From NCBI GenBank assembly GCA_030704615.1, contig CM060732.1, positions 15,252,001 to 15,316,000 on the forward strand: a DNA stretch of 64,000 nucleotides, given 5' to 3'. The stretch comes from Takakia lepidozioides (Eukaryota; Plantae; Bryophyta). The notes beneath the pieces are model-generated. The model did no database searches, was not told the origin of the DNA, and saw only the letters and a list, made by a program, of their open reading frames with translations. Shown here piece after piece: positions 46,400 through 58,527 of this stretch; the stretch's first letter is position 1; each line of letters starts with the position of its first letter. Position numbers and translations under genes: made by a program.

Positions 46400-47330
46400 C
46401 AAGTAATTTAGATCCATTGCTTGACCCAACACTTGGCGGCGTGATGCCTCTGTCAGAGCTGACACATCTGTAGTGTCGGTGGCAAATCCCATTCCCCGCT
46501 CTCGCTCATCCACATTGGGCTCCACTAATTGCTGTAGCACACTGTCCCAAATCAATCCAGGACCATTGTCTCAAAAAGCATGAGACAAGGGAAAACTCAT
46601 GAGCGTAGGCAAGGCCGCACGTAGCTACCCCACCGATTGACCACTGCTAGAGGTGGACGATCATCATGTCGCACTCTCTGTGGTTGCCTCCCTTGGTCCA
46701 AAATGCCCTCAACCGTGAGATTGGGTGGCCGATGAATGGAATCGTATGCTCTCTTGAGCAGCTCTGGTGGTGCAAGATTGGTCCACCACAATCGAGGTCG
46801 ATGCGCGCGTGATCCCACCACTGCTGCATCCAATAGCACCGCCGATCCAATCCAAGACCGCACCTGATGCACACTGGCCATAACCCTGGCCCGAGAATCC
46901 CCCATAAGATGAACATTCTCCAAGATATAGCCTAGAGGTTGCACTTGCCTCATCTGCAAGTCTCGCAACACTCGCAACATCTCCCAAAACAAATGCGATC
47001 GTGCATCATGCAAGCCATTCCTTGCGGAAGAGTGTCCTTGGCAAAGCCATCCGGCTATCACCAAGTCAATGGAACCATGCCGGTCCAAATCGTCCGCCCC
47101 CAGCAAGGTAATGTCTGCTAGCAAGGCCTTTTGATACCCTTGAATTGCTGAGAGAGACAACAACTCAAGATAGTGGTGTGCGAGCAAGGCGATGTGGCGC
47201 ATAGAAATACGCCAAGCTATCTCATCCTTCTCCACATACAAGTACTTGCGTACTTTAATCCCTGCTTGCAACACTCCTGCAAGCCCAGTGCTCATGCCTC
47301 CAAACAGGTCTAGCAAACAAATCCCTGAGT
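46400..47330 (-). pseudogene. DNMT3/DRM-like cytosine-5 methyltransferase domain within Gypsy pol
   Basis: Motif I LLDLFGGMSTG, II YVEKD, III ADIT, IV VIAGWLCQGHS (PCQ changed to LCQ), VI YILENV, VIII AHRPRLWWTN, IX ERERGMGF, X RRQVLGQAMD. In frame with the protease; frameshift near 46625. Confidence 0.9.
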
Positions 47331-50300
47331 CAGATGGTTGCCAGGTAATGGGCACCGTGTCCAAATGAGCTAACTCAGGAGGTCCAGATGATGTCACTGA
47401 ACTCCCCTCACTCATCAATGGAAAGGCCTCCTGCCATGCTTGGTGCACACACTCGCCTGCTACTCGATGCAAATTCCCAACATCTGCATGGCTATTGCCC
47501 TCCAAGAGCTCACCACCCCAAGCCACCACCCTTGAAAATGCAGCCAATGTGGGCATCATGTTCCTATGATCCACCGCTACATTCCCAATAAACCGCACTG
47601 GGAGCAGTGCACGTCGGCCATCTCCTGACTGCCATTCCGGACTATAGGATGTCATTTCCTCCCAAAAGTCCAAAGTGAATCCCATGGGGTATAACACCGC
47701 CCCACCAACAAGCACATCATAAGACATTAAGTCCGTAACAATGGCTTTAGCTCTCATGACTGAGCCGTCCGTAGGATGATCCGGCTGCAATCGAATAAAG
47801 AGCTCATGGCGTGTAATCCCTCGTGCCTTTTCTGAACCACCCAAAGATGTTTGAATTTGGAAAGGGCAAGGCTCCAAATCCGCCTCTGTAAGGCCCAAGC
47901 GTGCAATTGCTGCTCTCCCCAACATCAATGGCTGTGCTCCCGAGTCCAACAAGACCCGTAGTGGCCTATACCTCTTCCCGGCTGGGCCACCTAACTGAAA
48001 CACACCATCCTGATTGTCCACCAGGACTACCCTAGGAGTCACCATACTGCGCTCAATGGCTAGCTTAGCTGGCAACTCTTGCAATCTTGCAGCTGCCGCT
48101 TGCCATGGCGCAGCTGTGGCTGTCTTCACCCTTGAGTCCAGGGCATTCATGCATTGCACCTTATCTGCTATCCCCGCAGATAGTGCCGATGCATCACCAC
48201 TCTCACAGAGTCTAGCTGCTAGTCTGAACACAGCAGCTGGCCGAATCCCCGGCATTGCAATTGTCATTGCAGAAAACAATGGAGCTTGGCAAATTGCCGT
48301 AGCCGCCCCCAACAATGTACTGGCTGCACCTTGCTTTGCAGCACCACCCACTGGCATTTCCCGAGCCACACCAACTCTCCCCAATGGCACTCATGGCTCT
48401 ACCTCTGACACATTGGGGCGAGCGGGTACCATCAATGGCGTAGTTGGCACTGTCTCAGCCAATGTGAAAGACTGTGGAAGCCTTGTCTGTCGACTTGCTT
48501 CCCCCTTTTGTGGATCAAAATCCACATCCGCTCCTCTTGGCTCAGGAGCACAAGTTGCTGCTCGAGTGACAGCAGCTGCAGAGTCCACATGCAATGGTCC
48601 AGCAAATGCGGCTCCACACATGAAGCCCATACCAATCTGGTCTTCCCTAGGCATAGGGGGTTGTGCAGCTGGGGCTTGAACCTCAGGCCTTGGAGCTGGC
48701 GCAACATAAGTAGCGGCCATGGTAGCAAGACGTTGCTCTAGCTGGGCAAGCCTATCCACCATGCCTTGGTCATGACCTCGACCATGACCTTGTGCTCCTT
48801 GGTTTTGGTTACGACCTCCACCGCGACCTCTGCCTCCTCTACCTCTCTGGACTACATTGCCTCGTCCTCGGCCACCATTGTTCCCTTGGAACTGGCCTGG
48901 CCGTAGCTCAGGATGCAAGTCATAACAATGGGCCTCTTCATGCCCATACTTGCCACAATGCCCACACTGTAGTTGTGTAGGTTGTGCCTGTGCCGGCCCT
49001 TTGCCTCTCTCCGGGCAATCCCTCTTAACATGGGGTCATCCACAATCCCAACATGTCACACCCGATTGTTGTTGGCCTGAGAATGAAGGAAGTGACCTCT
49101 GCAATTGAGATCCTCTCTGTCATTCCCTAGGCTTCACCTGAGCCCCCTTGTTGCCTTGAGCACGTTGGGGTAGTGGCTGTTGTTGGCTAGGAGCCCCACT
49201 TCGTTGTGTCTCCTTACCAAACCCCACCATGACCACTCGTTCCTCCACCATATTGAGCTCTATCCGCTCTGCCAGCAAAAACACGTTTGTTAAGGTGGGT
49301 TGGTCTACTTGTAGGAGAGTTGCATCCCGCACCCTTTTCCTAAGCTCCTTGTCCAATATCCCATACCAGAATTGGACAGCTTGAGCTTCCGTAATCCCTT
49401 GGGTCAGATTTATCAATCGCCTCATGCGCGTGTGAGCCTCCCTCAAACTCTCGGTAGGCTTGCGCTGGAACTCTTGTAAGCTCCGCATTTTCTCTGTCTT
49501 TATCCCCTGGTAGTTTCTCCTCAACTCCTCGAAGAACTCCACAACTGGGTTAAAGGCAAGCACGGGTGCTGGTGCTGCAGCAGAAGCTTGAGTGGATTTC
49601 CCAGCTCCATCTTTACTTGTCCCACTACTAGTGCTTGCAGTTGGGGATGTTGGTGTAGCTGCTGGTGTCGCCGCTGCCCTTGTGCCTCTAGTGATGGAGA
49701 TATAGTCAGGTGACCAATATTGTCGCCACTCCTCAATCTCCACCTCATTTCCCCGCCTAAACTCATGGTAGTCATCCATAGGCGGCCCCTCAAGGTGTTG
49801 AAACAGCCCTTTCCACGCCATAAAAGGCATAAACAGTTGTGGATTGCGCATCTGCGGCAAATCAACCCAACTGTCAAAGACCTGTATGAAATCATCAAGC
49901 TCGATGGTGCCCACAGCTCCCGAGTACCGACGTGGCCCCTTGGTAGCTCCATACATTTCCTCCATCGTATCCCACAACAATGGCACGGAAATGGCTTGCA
50001 CCTTCGGCAAGAATCCTCCTAACTCTGAGTCTGAACCTTCATCAGAAGACACTGAAGGTGAAGGTGGCCTAAACCGCACACCTTGTCTTGTATACCCACT
50101 AGTATCGCTGGTGCTCGTACCGGCACTCTCCTCAGCAACTGGTGGCACCTCCGTGATGAAAACTCACACTTAAACCGACTATCAATTCGTCTCTAATCCT
50201 CCTTTCCACAAGGTAACCGAGTAGAGAACCTGTTGCGGCTTATGGTTTGGAATACTAGGTTCCTATTCTGAACCTGTACCTGCACCTGCATCCACCGCAT

Positions 50301-50931
50301 GCACTCCTATGGTCTGCTGGTCATCAACCTAGCCTCACCATAAGAGAAACAATGATGGTCTGGTGGTCATCACCCCAGCCTCACCACCGACAGCACGCTC
50401 TAGGATTGGCCGGCCACAATATTTTCGGCACAACCACCTATAAAAGCAAGCGCCCAAACCAAACTAGCATGGCGCACAGTCAAACATGCATGTGTGGGAG
50501 GAGGATCCAAACACAGGAAACTCAAACAACAACACCTCCCACAACTTAAGTCCATCGATCTCCTTGCGGCTTCAATAAACCTGCAAGATGGCCAAGTCTC
50601 TATCCAAACTAGTTCTGCCTCCGCTTACGGAAAAGCTTTGGCCTACAAGAATGATGGAAGACTATAGAGAAGGGAAGCTAAAGCAATCTCTAAGCCCAGA
50701 ATGCTCTCATCCCATTACTCCCCCTATCTTCATACTCACTCTTGCTCAAACAATAGATAAGACTATCCTTAAAGGACCTCTCAAATAACTCTCAAGAGCC
50801 CTCAAATTATTGCCATGAACTTCTGAAATCTGCCCTCAATCAGCCCCTCACATAGATCCACCGAGGTTCAAGAAGTTCGCAAACTTTGATTCTAAACAGT
50901 CCACCCAAAGGCACTAGGCGCCCGCCAATTA

Positions 50932-51150
50932 GTGGCCTCCAAGGTCTCCAACCAGCCCTCACAATGGCTCTACAAGCCTGCCCAATATGGCCTCCAAGGA
51001 CCTCCAATAGTTCTCCAAACAGCCCTTAAGAAGCTCCACAAATCTGCCAAGTATTGGCATCCAAGGACCTCCAACAGTCCTCCAACAGCCCTTAAGAAGC
51101 TCCTCAAATCTGCCAAGTATTGGCCTCCAAGGACCTCCAACAGTCCTCAA
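50932..51150. repeat. Tandem repeat of about 55-68 bp (about 3.5 copies) in the putative LTR
   Basis: TGGCCTCCAAGGACCTCCAACAGTCCTCCAACAGCCCTTAAGAAGCTCC... reiterated. Confidence 0.85.
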
Positions 51151-51193
51151 AGCAGGCCCCAGAAGGCTCCAAAAATATACATAGTCAGTCGAT

Positions 51194-51650
51194 TTTTCAT
51201 CCGTCACTGACCAAATTTCATCCAAAACCACGATTTCTCATCCGCAGGTCCGATAGTTCATCCGCCGGTGCGATATTTCATCCACTGGGCGATTTCATCT
51301 GATGGCGCAGTTTCATCTGTCGCCGCGATTTTTCATCCGATGGCACGATAGTTCATCCGCTGACACAGTTTCATCCGTCACCGCAATTTTTCATCCGATA
51401 GCGTGATAGTTCATCCGCTGCCACCATTTCATCTATTGCCACGATTTTTCATCCGATAGCACGATAGTTCATCCGCTGACGAGATTTCATCCGCTGGCGC
51501 AGTTCCATCCGTCACCGCAATTTTTCATCCGACAGCGCGATAGTTCATCCGTTGACGAGATTTCATCTGCTGGCACAGTTTCATCCATCGCCGCGATTTT
51601 TCATCCGATAGCACGATTTTCATCCATTGGCTCAATAGTTCATCCGATGG
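51194..51650. repeat. TTCATCCG minisatellite (about 18-22 bp period, more than 20 copies)
   Basis: TTCATC(C/T)G recurs with short variable spacers and shows higher-order repetition. Confidence 0.9.
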
Positions 51651-52799
51651 GGCAATGGTGGTGCTCCCAACTCTGGGGCAATGTTCCCACGCGTTCCCAA
51701 GCTAGGGTTTGCGCCGCTTTACCTCTGCGATTGCTGCAACGAACTATGGCTTCTATGGAGCAACCAGAGGTGTTGTTCTTGGTTTCTTGAGTATCAATAG
51801 ACCAGCAAGAGTGCCTCTAACTCCCTGAGCAAGCTTATTTGCCACACAACAAGCTCTCTTTATCTATAGAACTTATTCAAGCATAGAATAAGCTATTGAG
51901 CTTTCTATGGGCCCTCTTCTAGCCATTGCATACACTCATAGTGCTTCCTTCCATGGCCATAGTGCACCTCTTAGAGCTCATAATCCAGCCCTGCACTTGC
52001 TACTTCCATAGACATGCTCTTCCCAAGCTTGGGATTGAAACCCCAACTCAAAGCATGCTCTACAAATACACTATTCTGCCCCAAAGAGAAATCAGATGTC
52101 TACCTCCACTCATAGCTCTCCTAAGCTTGAAGTTGAAGACTCCTACAAGCTGAAACCATGCTCCACACATGCACCGCTTGCTTCATTAACACCCGAGCAC
52201 TTCTTGAACTCCTCAAACCCTGCAACACTTGCAGAACAAGAGCTTCTTCACAAGCTCTCAAACTTTTCAATGTGGCTCTCCTTGAAGACCTCCTCTTGTA
52301 CATAAACACCACAAGGCTTTCTTCTTGCAAACCCTGCAACACCTTGTAACTTAAGAGCTATCTATCAAGCTCTCTTCCACACACAAGTGCTAACTATGCT
52401 AACACCTTGCACTCATAGATGTAAGCAGGTCTTCTTCTAGTGATATGGAAATGGTGAAAAGAGGAGAAACTACTCTATCACGTTATATAAGTCAAGCCAA
52501 TGGCACCTTTGCTAAAGGACTCCATCATACAGACCTCACCCACTCTCCATCTCAAGTACTAGAGCTATGGCGGCGAGAGAGGCCTCGGGAGGCTCGACTA
52601 GAAGAAGACGAGCCTGCCTACGTCTCACGTGGAGATAACCTCCCCACGTCCCAAGTGAGGTTCGTCACCTCACTTGGCACATGGAACCAAATGAAGTTCC
52701 AATGCCAACAAAATACAAATATAAATGTATAATGTCATAATTAGTTAGAAATAACTATTTCTAACTAATCACAAATAAAACCATGACAGGCTCTTAACA

Positions 52800-53507
52800 C
52801 ACAGCCAGCCCTCTCCACTAAGTGCAATAGCAAATGGAGTCACTTTGGTTTCTTGAATGAGAACTGGTTAGCAATCTGGTCTTCTATCTGGCTAAAAATT
52901 AGGCCGGCCAAGATCTCAACGTTTTTATGGCAAGTAGCGAGCAGAGCCCTAAAAGTGGGAGAATGGCTGCAATTCCATGAAGCTCTTCTATATCGATGCT
53001 GCTCCTCGAGTATCATTGAATCTCATGAGCACTGTCTTCTGACTTGTATAGCTCCAGCCAAAATCTGGCCCTTCATCGAGATATTCTACAGACATTGGAG
53101 TCTCTCGGCCATTGGCCCTCTGGATCTGCTACTTAATTACAACAACCAAGGGCCGATCCTTTCCATGTCCGGTCTTCGAGACTCTTCGCGCCTCTACATT
53201 ATGGCACCTATGGCGTGCTAGATGTAAAAAGACCTTTAGCAAGGAGACAATTAGTACCTCAGCTTTGTTGGCTATGGTGTACAAAGATCTTTTAACAGAG
53301 TCGAAAAAAGCTTGGGCCAAATGTGTTGCAGACTGTCACAGGACTCCAAGGCAGGCGCCAGCAATCCATGCAACATTCAGGACGACGTGGGCCTGCCATG
53401 GCGTCATTTGTGAAAGCGACGAGCAGGAACACTGTATTTGGAACGCTCTCCTCCCTCAGCGCTGGAGAGACCTCAGAGCTCCACTCCACGGCCTCGCCGG
53501 AATTTGA
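52800..53507 (+). mobile_element. L1-clade LINE ORF2 3' fragment (zf-RVT region)
   Basis: WSSIW...PAKISTFLWQVASRAL...CC...ESHEHCLLTC..A.KIW and, after a frameshift, TLWHLWRARCKKTF. Confidence 0.8.
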
Positions 53508-54412
53508 GAGAGACGTGAACTGGAAACACGTCAAGCACCCCGCCACTACTTCCAGGCTAAATTTTCGTTAAGTGTAGTTGTAGATTAGCTCCTCGATAAT
53601 CTCAGCTGCAGGCTTAACTTTTTGGAAGTCGCTCGGACAAGGCTAGGTTGCTGTGAGAGGTTCGCTCTCTTTGAGCACACTGCTGCACTTTAGCAGCAAG
53701 CAATGGATCTCCCTTCACTGACTACAGTGTGTAGCCCTCATGGTGCAAAAGGGGTTTTATTTTTTTCCCCTCAATTATGGTATAAATGCAATATTTAACA
53801 TTAAAAAAATAAAATAAAACTATTAAAGATATAATTCATTAAATATTTTAGTATATTATTTAGAGAAATTATGAAAAACTAAAAATTAGAGTTTACAAAA
53901 AAAATTCAATATGACACATAGCCATTGAAGATTATAGGTTTTTATACTTCTAGAAAACAAATGACACCCAAAATCCAAAAAACAAGATGAGCTATGGACT
54001 TTTCAAAAAATGCCTATTTGTTTTACATATATCAGTCTATATGAGTCAAATGACAAATGATTTTGCCACTTCAAATCCATACCTATGATGTGGACCAAAA
54101 TGGCCACCCTATGTCCAAATTTCAATGGACTTCACTAATGGCACATAGGAGAACTTGAGTCCATTGTAATTCCATTCATTGCGATAACAGTCCACAATGA
54201 CGGTGTTTAAAAGTCCATAGCGGAGTCATTTCTTATCGGATTCATGATTGGAGAATTGTTATGGGTGTGTATTGAAGCTAGGAATCCAATGACATATATA
54301 GTTGTTGGTTTTAATGAGTAAATTCAATTTCAATTGATGACACCATCAATTGCAGTCATCTAAAACTGTGCCGGTAACGTCCATTTTGGTCCAGTCAACC
54401 CTGCATTCACCC

Positions 54413-56202
54413 TATAGTGACATGGAGAGGTCTTTGATTCAGATGAGGACTCAAGACCTCTGGGAGGCTGGTTTGGTGGAGCTCTCTGGTGGAGAGTATG
54501 CTTCAGCCACAGTGATGCCAGCCAAGAAGGATGTCTATGGCAATTGGACGGAGAGACGCATGTGCGGTGATTATCGGCCTATAAATCGTCAGACCAAGTC
54601 CGATAAGTATGCCATGCCCACACCGGAGGAGATTTTTGATGCCATTGGGCATACCAAGGTCTTTAGCACTTTGGATTTACGATCCGGATATCACCAGTTG
54701 CCGATCAAGGAGGCGGACAAGCAGAAGACGACATTTTGGGGGATCAATGAGCACGGCAAAGATTGCCTATACCAATGGCAGTTCTTATCATTCGGGCTTA
54801 AGAATGTTCCTGCAGAGTTCCAGAGAGTTATGGACAGGATTCTAGCAGGGGTAGAGTTTGCTCGGTGCTACATAGATGACATCATCATCTTCAGTGCGAC
54901 AATGGAGGAGCATGAGAGACACCTTCAGATGGTATTTGAGCGCTTGAGGGCGTACGGATTCTTACCATTCGGGCTTAAGAATGCTCCTGTAGAGTTCCAG
55001 AGAGTTATGGACAGGATTCTAGCAGGGGTAGAGTTTGTTCGATGCTACATAGATGACATCATCATCTTCAGTGCGACAGTGGAGGAGCATGAGAGACACC
55101 TTCGGTGGTATTTGAGCGCTTGAGGGCGCACGGATTAAAGTTACATCCGAGGAAGTGCAAGTTTTTCCACAACCAGACTAAATATCTAGGTCACATGATA
55201 TATCCTGGAGGATTGGGGGTACAGCAGACTAAGGTAGAGGCCATTGCACAGATTCCACGCCCCACGGATGTGAGCCGAGTTTGAGCTTTCATGGGATTGA
55301 CAAACTATTATAGACGGTTTGTCAATGGATTAATTAGTACTATTGCAAAGGCTCTAACCAAGCTTACCAAGATGGACCAAGAGTGGCAGTGGGAAGATGA
55401 GTAGGAACAAGTTTTTCAAGAGTTCAAGGTGAGGTTGACCTCGACACCCATCTTGAGACGACCTATCAGGGGGCGTCCCTTTCAGCTGCATACGGATTGG
55501 ATATGGAGTCAGACAAGCTTACGGGGAAGCTTATACGGTGGGCACTCATACTCCAAGAGTATGACTTTCAGGTGGTACATCGACCGGGTTTTCTCAATCG
55601 GGATGCGGATGGATTGAATCGCAATCCATGCACGAGCCAGTAAGATGATACTGGAGCTTGGTGGCATGGTGAGACGGATGAGGAGATGGTGTCGGGATGG
55701 CACGCATCTGCATTTCTGTGTATCTTGGCAGCGGGAGGCCAAATTGGACCTACAATAGGGATGACTGTAGACGGAGTGTCTGAGGACCCTGAGGCTGGTG
55801 ACAAGCCAGGTGGTGCCAGAGATATACATGAGGATTTGGCTGTGTTGGACTACCTCCGCACAGGAGACACGGCAGCCACTGTGACTGCCAATGAGAGGGA
55901 TCGAATCCTGCAACGAGCCAAGAGGTTCAAGTGGGAAGGGACACACCTGCTCCGAGTGTGGGAGGATGGTCGGGTGAGGGATTGTGCCTCACCCAACATA
56001 GCGTGCACGGTTAGTGCGACATGCCCATGAGGAGTTGGACGTGCGACGCACTCACAGTTTGCTACAGGGGCAGTATTGGTGGCGTGGTATGCATACAGAG
56101 GTGCAACAGTTCGTGGCTAGGTGCATGATGTGTGACAGGGTGCGTGCTTCATTCAACGTCCTACACCACAGTTGCATTCTTTACCCATCATGGGATTGGG
56201 CT
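54413..56202 (+). mobile_element. Second pol fragment of the DNMT-Gypsy family (RT, deleted RNaseH, start of integrase)
   Basis: Highly similar to 43970-45790 (YSDMERSLIQ...RMCGDYRP...YIDDII). RNase H is deleted between TDW and MESDKL at about 55500. 177-bp tandem duplication at 54782-55136. Confidence 0.92.
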
Positions 56203-58187
56203 TGATTGAATTGACCTCCACATCAATCAGTTCCAATCCTAATCCTGGACTTTCTGAAGTGCTTCTGCTTTTCAGGCACTGCATAACAATCTCCGATTGA
56301 CTCTCATATGGAGATATTAAACCGTCGCTCACGGGTTTGTTATGAAACCCATGAAGATCGCCGAATGCTCCACACACTCAGTACAAGATAATAGCATCAC
56401 GACAATTTCGCAAACATCAAAGGTTAAGTATAATCGACAATTCAAATTCACATCTGCAGTTCCTCGGGGCACTGCAGCTCTGTTGTTTGGTTTGTCAAGT
56501 CCAAATGTTATTCCAGGGTGGACTGTAGCCGAGCTGGTCCCGTTGTTATGTTGAATATCATCATTGTTGCAGACAAAGCCTGATTAAAGACTACTCGACA
56601 GACCTTACTATTTTGGGTGCAGGTCTGTTTAATGTTGACGGCTACATAGCAGCTATGTTTCGTATGCAGGGCCTTAGTGCTGTAAAGGTGTGAATGGGAA
56701 CGATGGAAGCTGCGGTGATATCAATGGTAGGGGTTTTGTTTCTTCTCTTCATATGGTCTTTGTAAAAATGCTCTGCTTCAGGTTGGAGAATGGTTCTAAG
56801 TGTTGATTGATTGATCCAACTTAGTGGCTGATGCTTCTTGAGATAGAAATGCATTGCATGAAACAGAGTGTACTTGACGACAGTAGATAGCGATTCTGCA
56901 GCTGCGAAGGCGACGAAATTGCAGAAGCCACACTATACATTTGAAAGGCTGCCTGCTAAGCTGAGCAGGTGCTTCAAATGTTGGTTCGTTGACAAGAATT
57001 GAACATTTTTGGGTGAGGAATTCAGAGGTCTACAACAGGAAAACACCCATTATGCCGAACAACGATTCAATGCACGTGATAGAAACAAGTGTATTCAAGT
57101 TGAAGACAGTGCCAACTCACTGAATTGTGCAATGATACTATGGTTAATCCTATGATGGGATGTATCGATACTACGACTAGTTGCTTCGCGGGAAAGCACG
57201 GTAGACAATGAACATGAACTATATTATGTTCAATATTACTTCAATAGCCTTCCAGAGTAAGTTTAGCCACTCGTCTTCATCTTTTAATTCAACTAGTGAT
57301 CTGCCTTCTCCCAAGTTTATATTCCACTCATTAAACAATTCTGGATAGCCATGCAATGGTCTGCACCATGTTTCTGTCGAATGATGGTTCCAATAAGCAA
57401 TTATGTATAAGCCTAATATAATAGCTAGTTATACCATCCCTTGCTTGCTAATTGAAATTAGAAATATTCATGAATCACAACATCTTCTTGATCTTCATAA
57501 CATCTTCTTGAATATCTGTCCACATATTTCATTCGGTATTCCATTAATGAACTATTGGGTGACAACATTACTGCCTTGTTTAATGCTCATTCTCTCAATC
57601 TCATGAAAACTTCATAATTCAGTCACTATCACACATAAATGCAATGTGCTTTGTTTTTCTCCCAAGCTTCCTCTCGTTTGATTCTCCTCAACCCAATAAG
57701 CACGATGATTTTTTGTTTTTTATTTAATTTCTTTGTCCCCATTTCTTCACCAACTTGAAATTATTGAAATGCATAACTAATCCACCGTTTGAAGAGGGAT
57801 ATCCTAATGTATGGGTTCCAACTTCTATTCTCTTGTGAACGGGGTACAAGCCATGAACTCAACAAAATTCTATATGTACGAAAATTAGTTTACAGTGAAT
57901 ATAAACATGCAAAGAATGAGCGATTTCACATCCTTTGTGGCTATAAGGAGGTTAGCTATTTCATGAGCATGAGTGGCATGAGCGGAGTAGTAAGACAATC
58001 AGTTTTCATGAGCAGAAGTTCAAAATTTGGAATTAAAAAATATTAAAAAACATTAAAAAACATTTTAATGGAATGTGTCAGAACAATAATAATATAATAT
58101 TCATTGTTTGAAGCTGAAATTGAAGTTTTGGGAGCCGTGCTCATGATATTTTCTCTTGCGCTCATGGAAATTGCGAGCGACATCTGT

Positions 58188-58500
58188 AAAAATGGCACCG
58201 AATTTTGCGGTAATAGGTTCCGCAACCGAAGAAAATGGCGACGTATTTCGCGGTAATAGGTCCTGCGGCGAAAAATGGTGCCGAATTTCGTGGCTATAGG
58301 TCCCTGCATGTCAAGTGTGTTGGCCCAAAAATTGGAAATGTGGCGCCGAATTTCGGGAGATAGTGCCTAGGACTGCACAGATGTTGGGCAGTTTTGGGCC
58401 AGGTAACTGGAAATTCGGCGCCATTTTTGCAGACATCGTTCCTAGACATGTTGGGACTTAGCCAGTTTTTGGCCCAAAATAGGGAAATTCGGCCAGAAAT
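58188..58500. repeat. Subterminal imperfect palindromes AAA(T)GGCGCCGAATTT
   Basis: Cores at about 58194, 58237, 58277, 58342 and 58417. CATGAGC motifs at 57962-58166. Confidence 0.75.
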
Positions 58501-58527
58501 GGCCCCCACAACTGCTACTATTGGAAC

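Larger units (their letters stand above)
43051..52799 (-). mobile_element. Ty3/Gypsy LTR retrotransposon encoding a C5 DNA methyltransferase (LTR-gag-PR-DNMT-RT-RH-INT), 3' end lost, degraded
   Basis: gag at 49120-50148. Zinc knuckle CGHCGKYGHEEAHC near 48925-48966. Protease LLDSGA. RT RMCGDYR, LDLRS, LPFGLKNA, YIDD (45177-45803). RNase H LHTDWS...YEGECLA (44684-45202). Integrase WSLDFAGP, TDQGREF, DGLAER (43577-44158). Several stops and frameshifts. Confidence 0.93.
50420..52799 (-). repeat. Putative 5' LTR (about 2.4 kb) of the DNMT-Gypsy
   Basis: The minus strand starts TGTTAAGAGCC at 52799, next to an unrelated L1 fragment, and ends ...GCCGAAAATA at 50420 (CA to TA is inferred) just upstream of the gag leader. 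A 14-bp-arm hairpin lies at 52740-52769. No second LTR is present to confirm it. Confidence 0.55.

Noticed and set aside
46400-47330. Bacterial restriction-modification methylase or contamination
   Set aside because: The domain is in frame with a retrotransposon protease, embedded in gag-pol, and has no neighbouring restriction enzyme or operon structure.
53735-54410. AT-rich stretch as a DNA-transposon end
   Set aside because: No matching TIR or TSD found in the window.
43970-56202. Large inverted repeat defining one element
   Set aside because: These are two diverged, independently deleted Gypsy pol copies in opposite orientation, separated by L1 and other fragments.
56203-57700. Possible degraded minus-strand gene (FINGIPNEICGQIF is faintly F-box-like)
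   Set aside because: Many stops and too little motif support to call.
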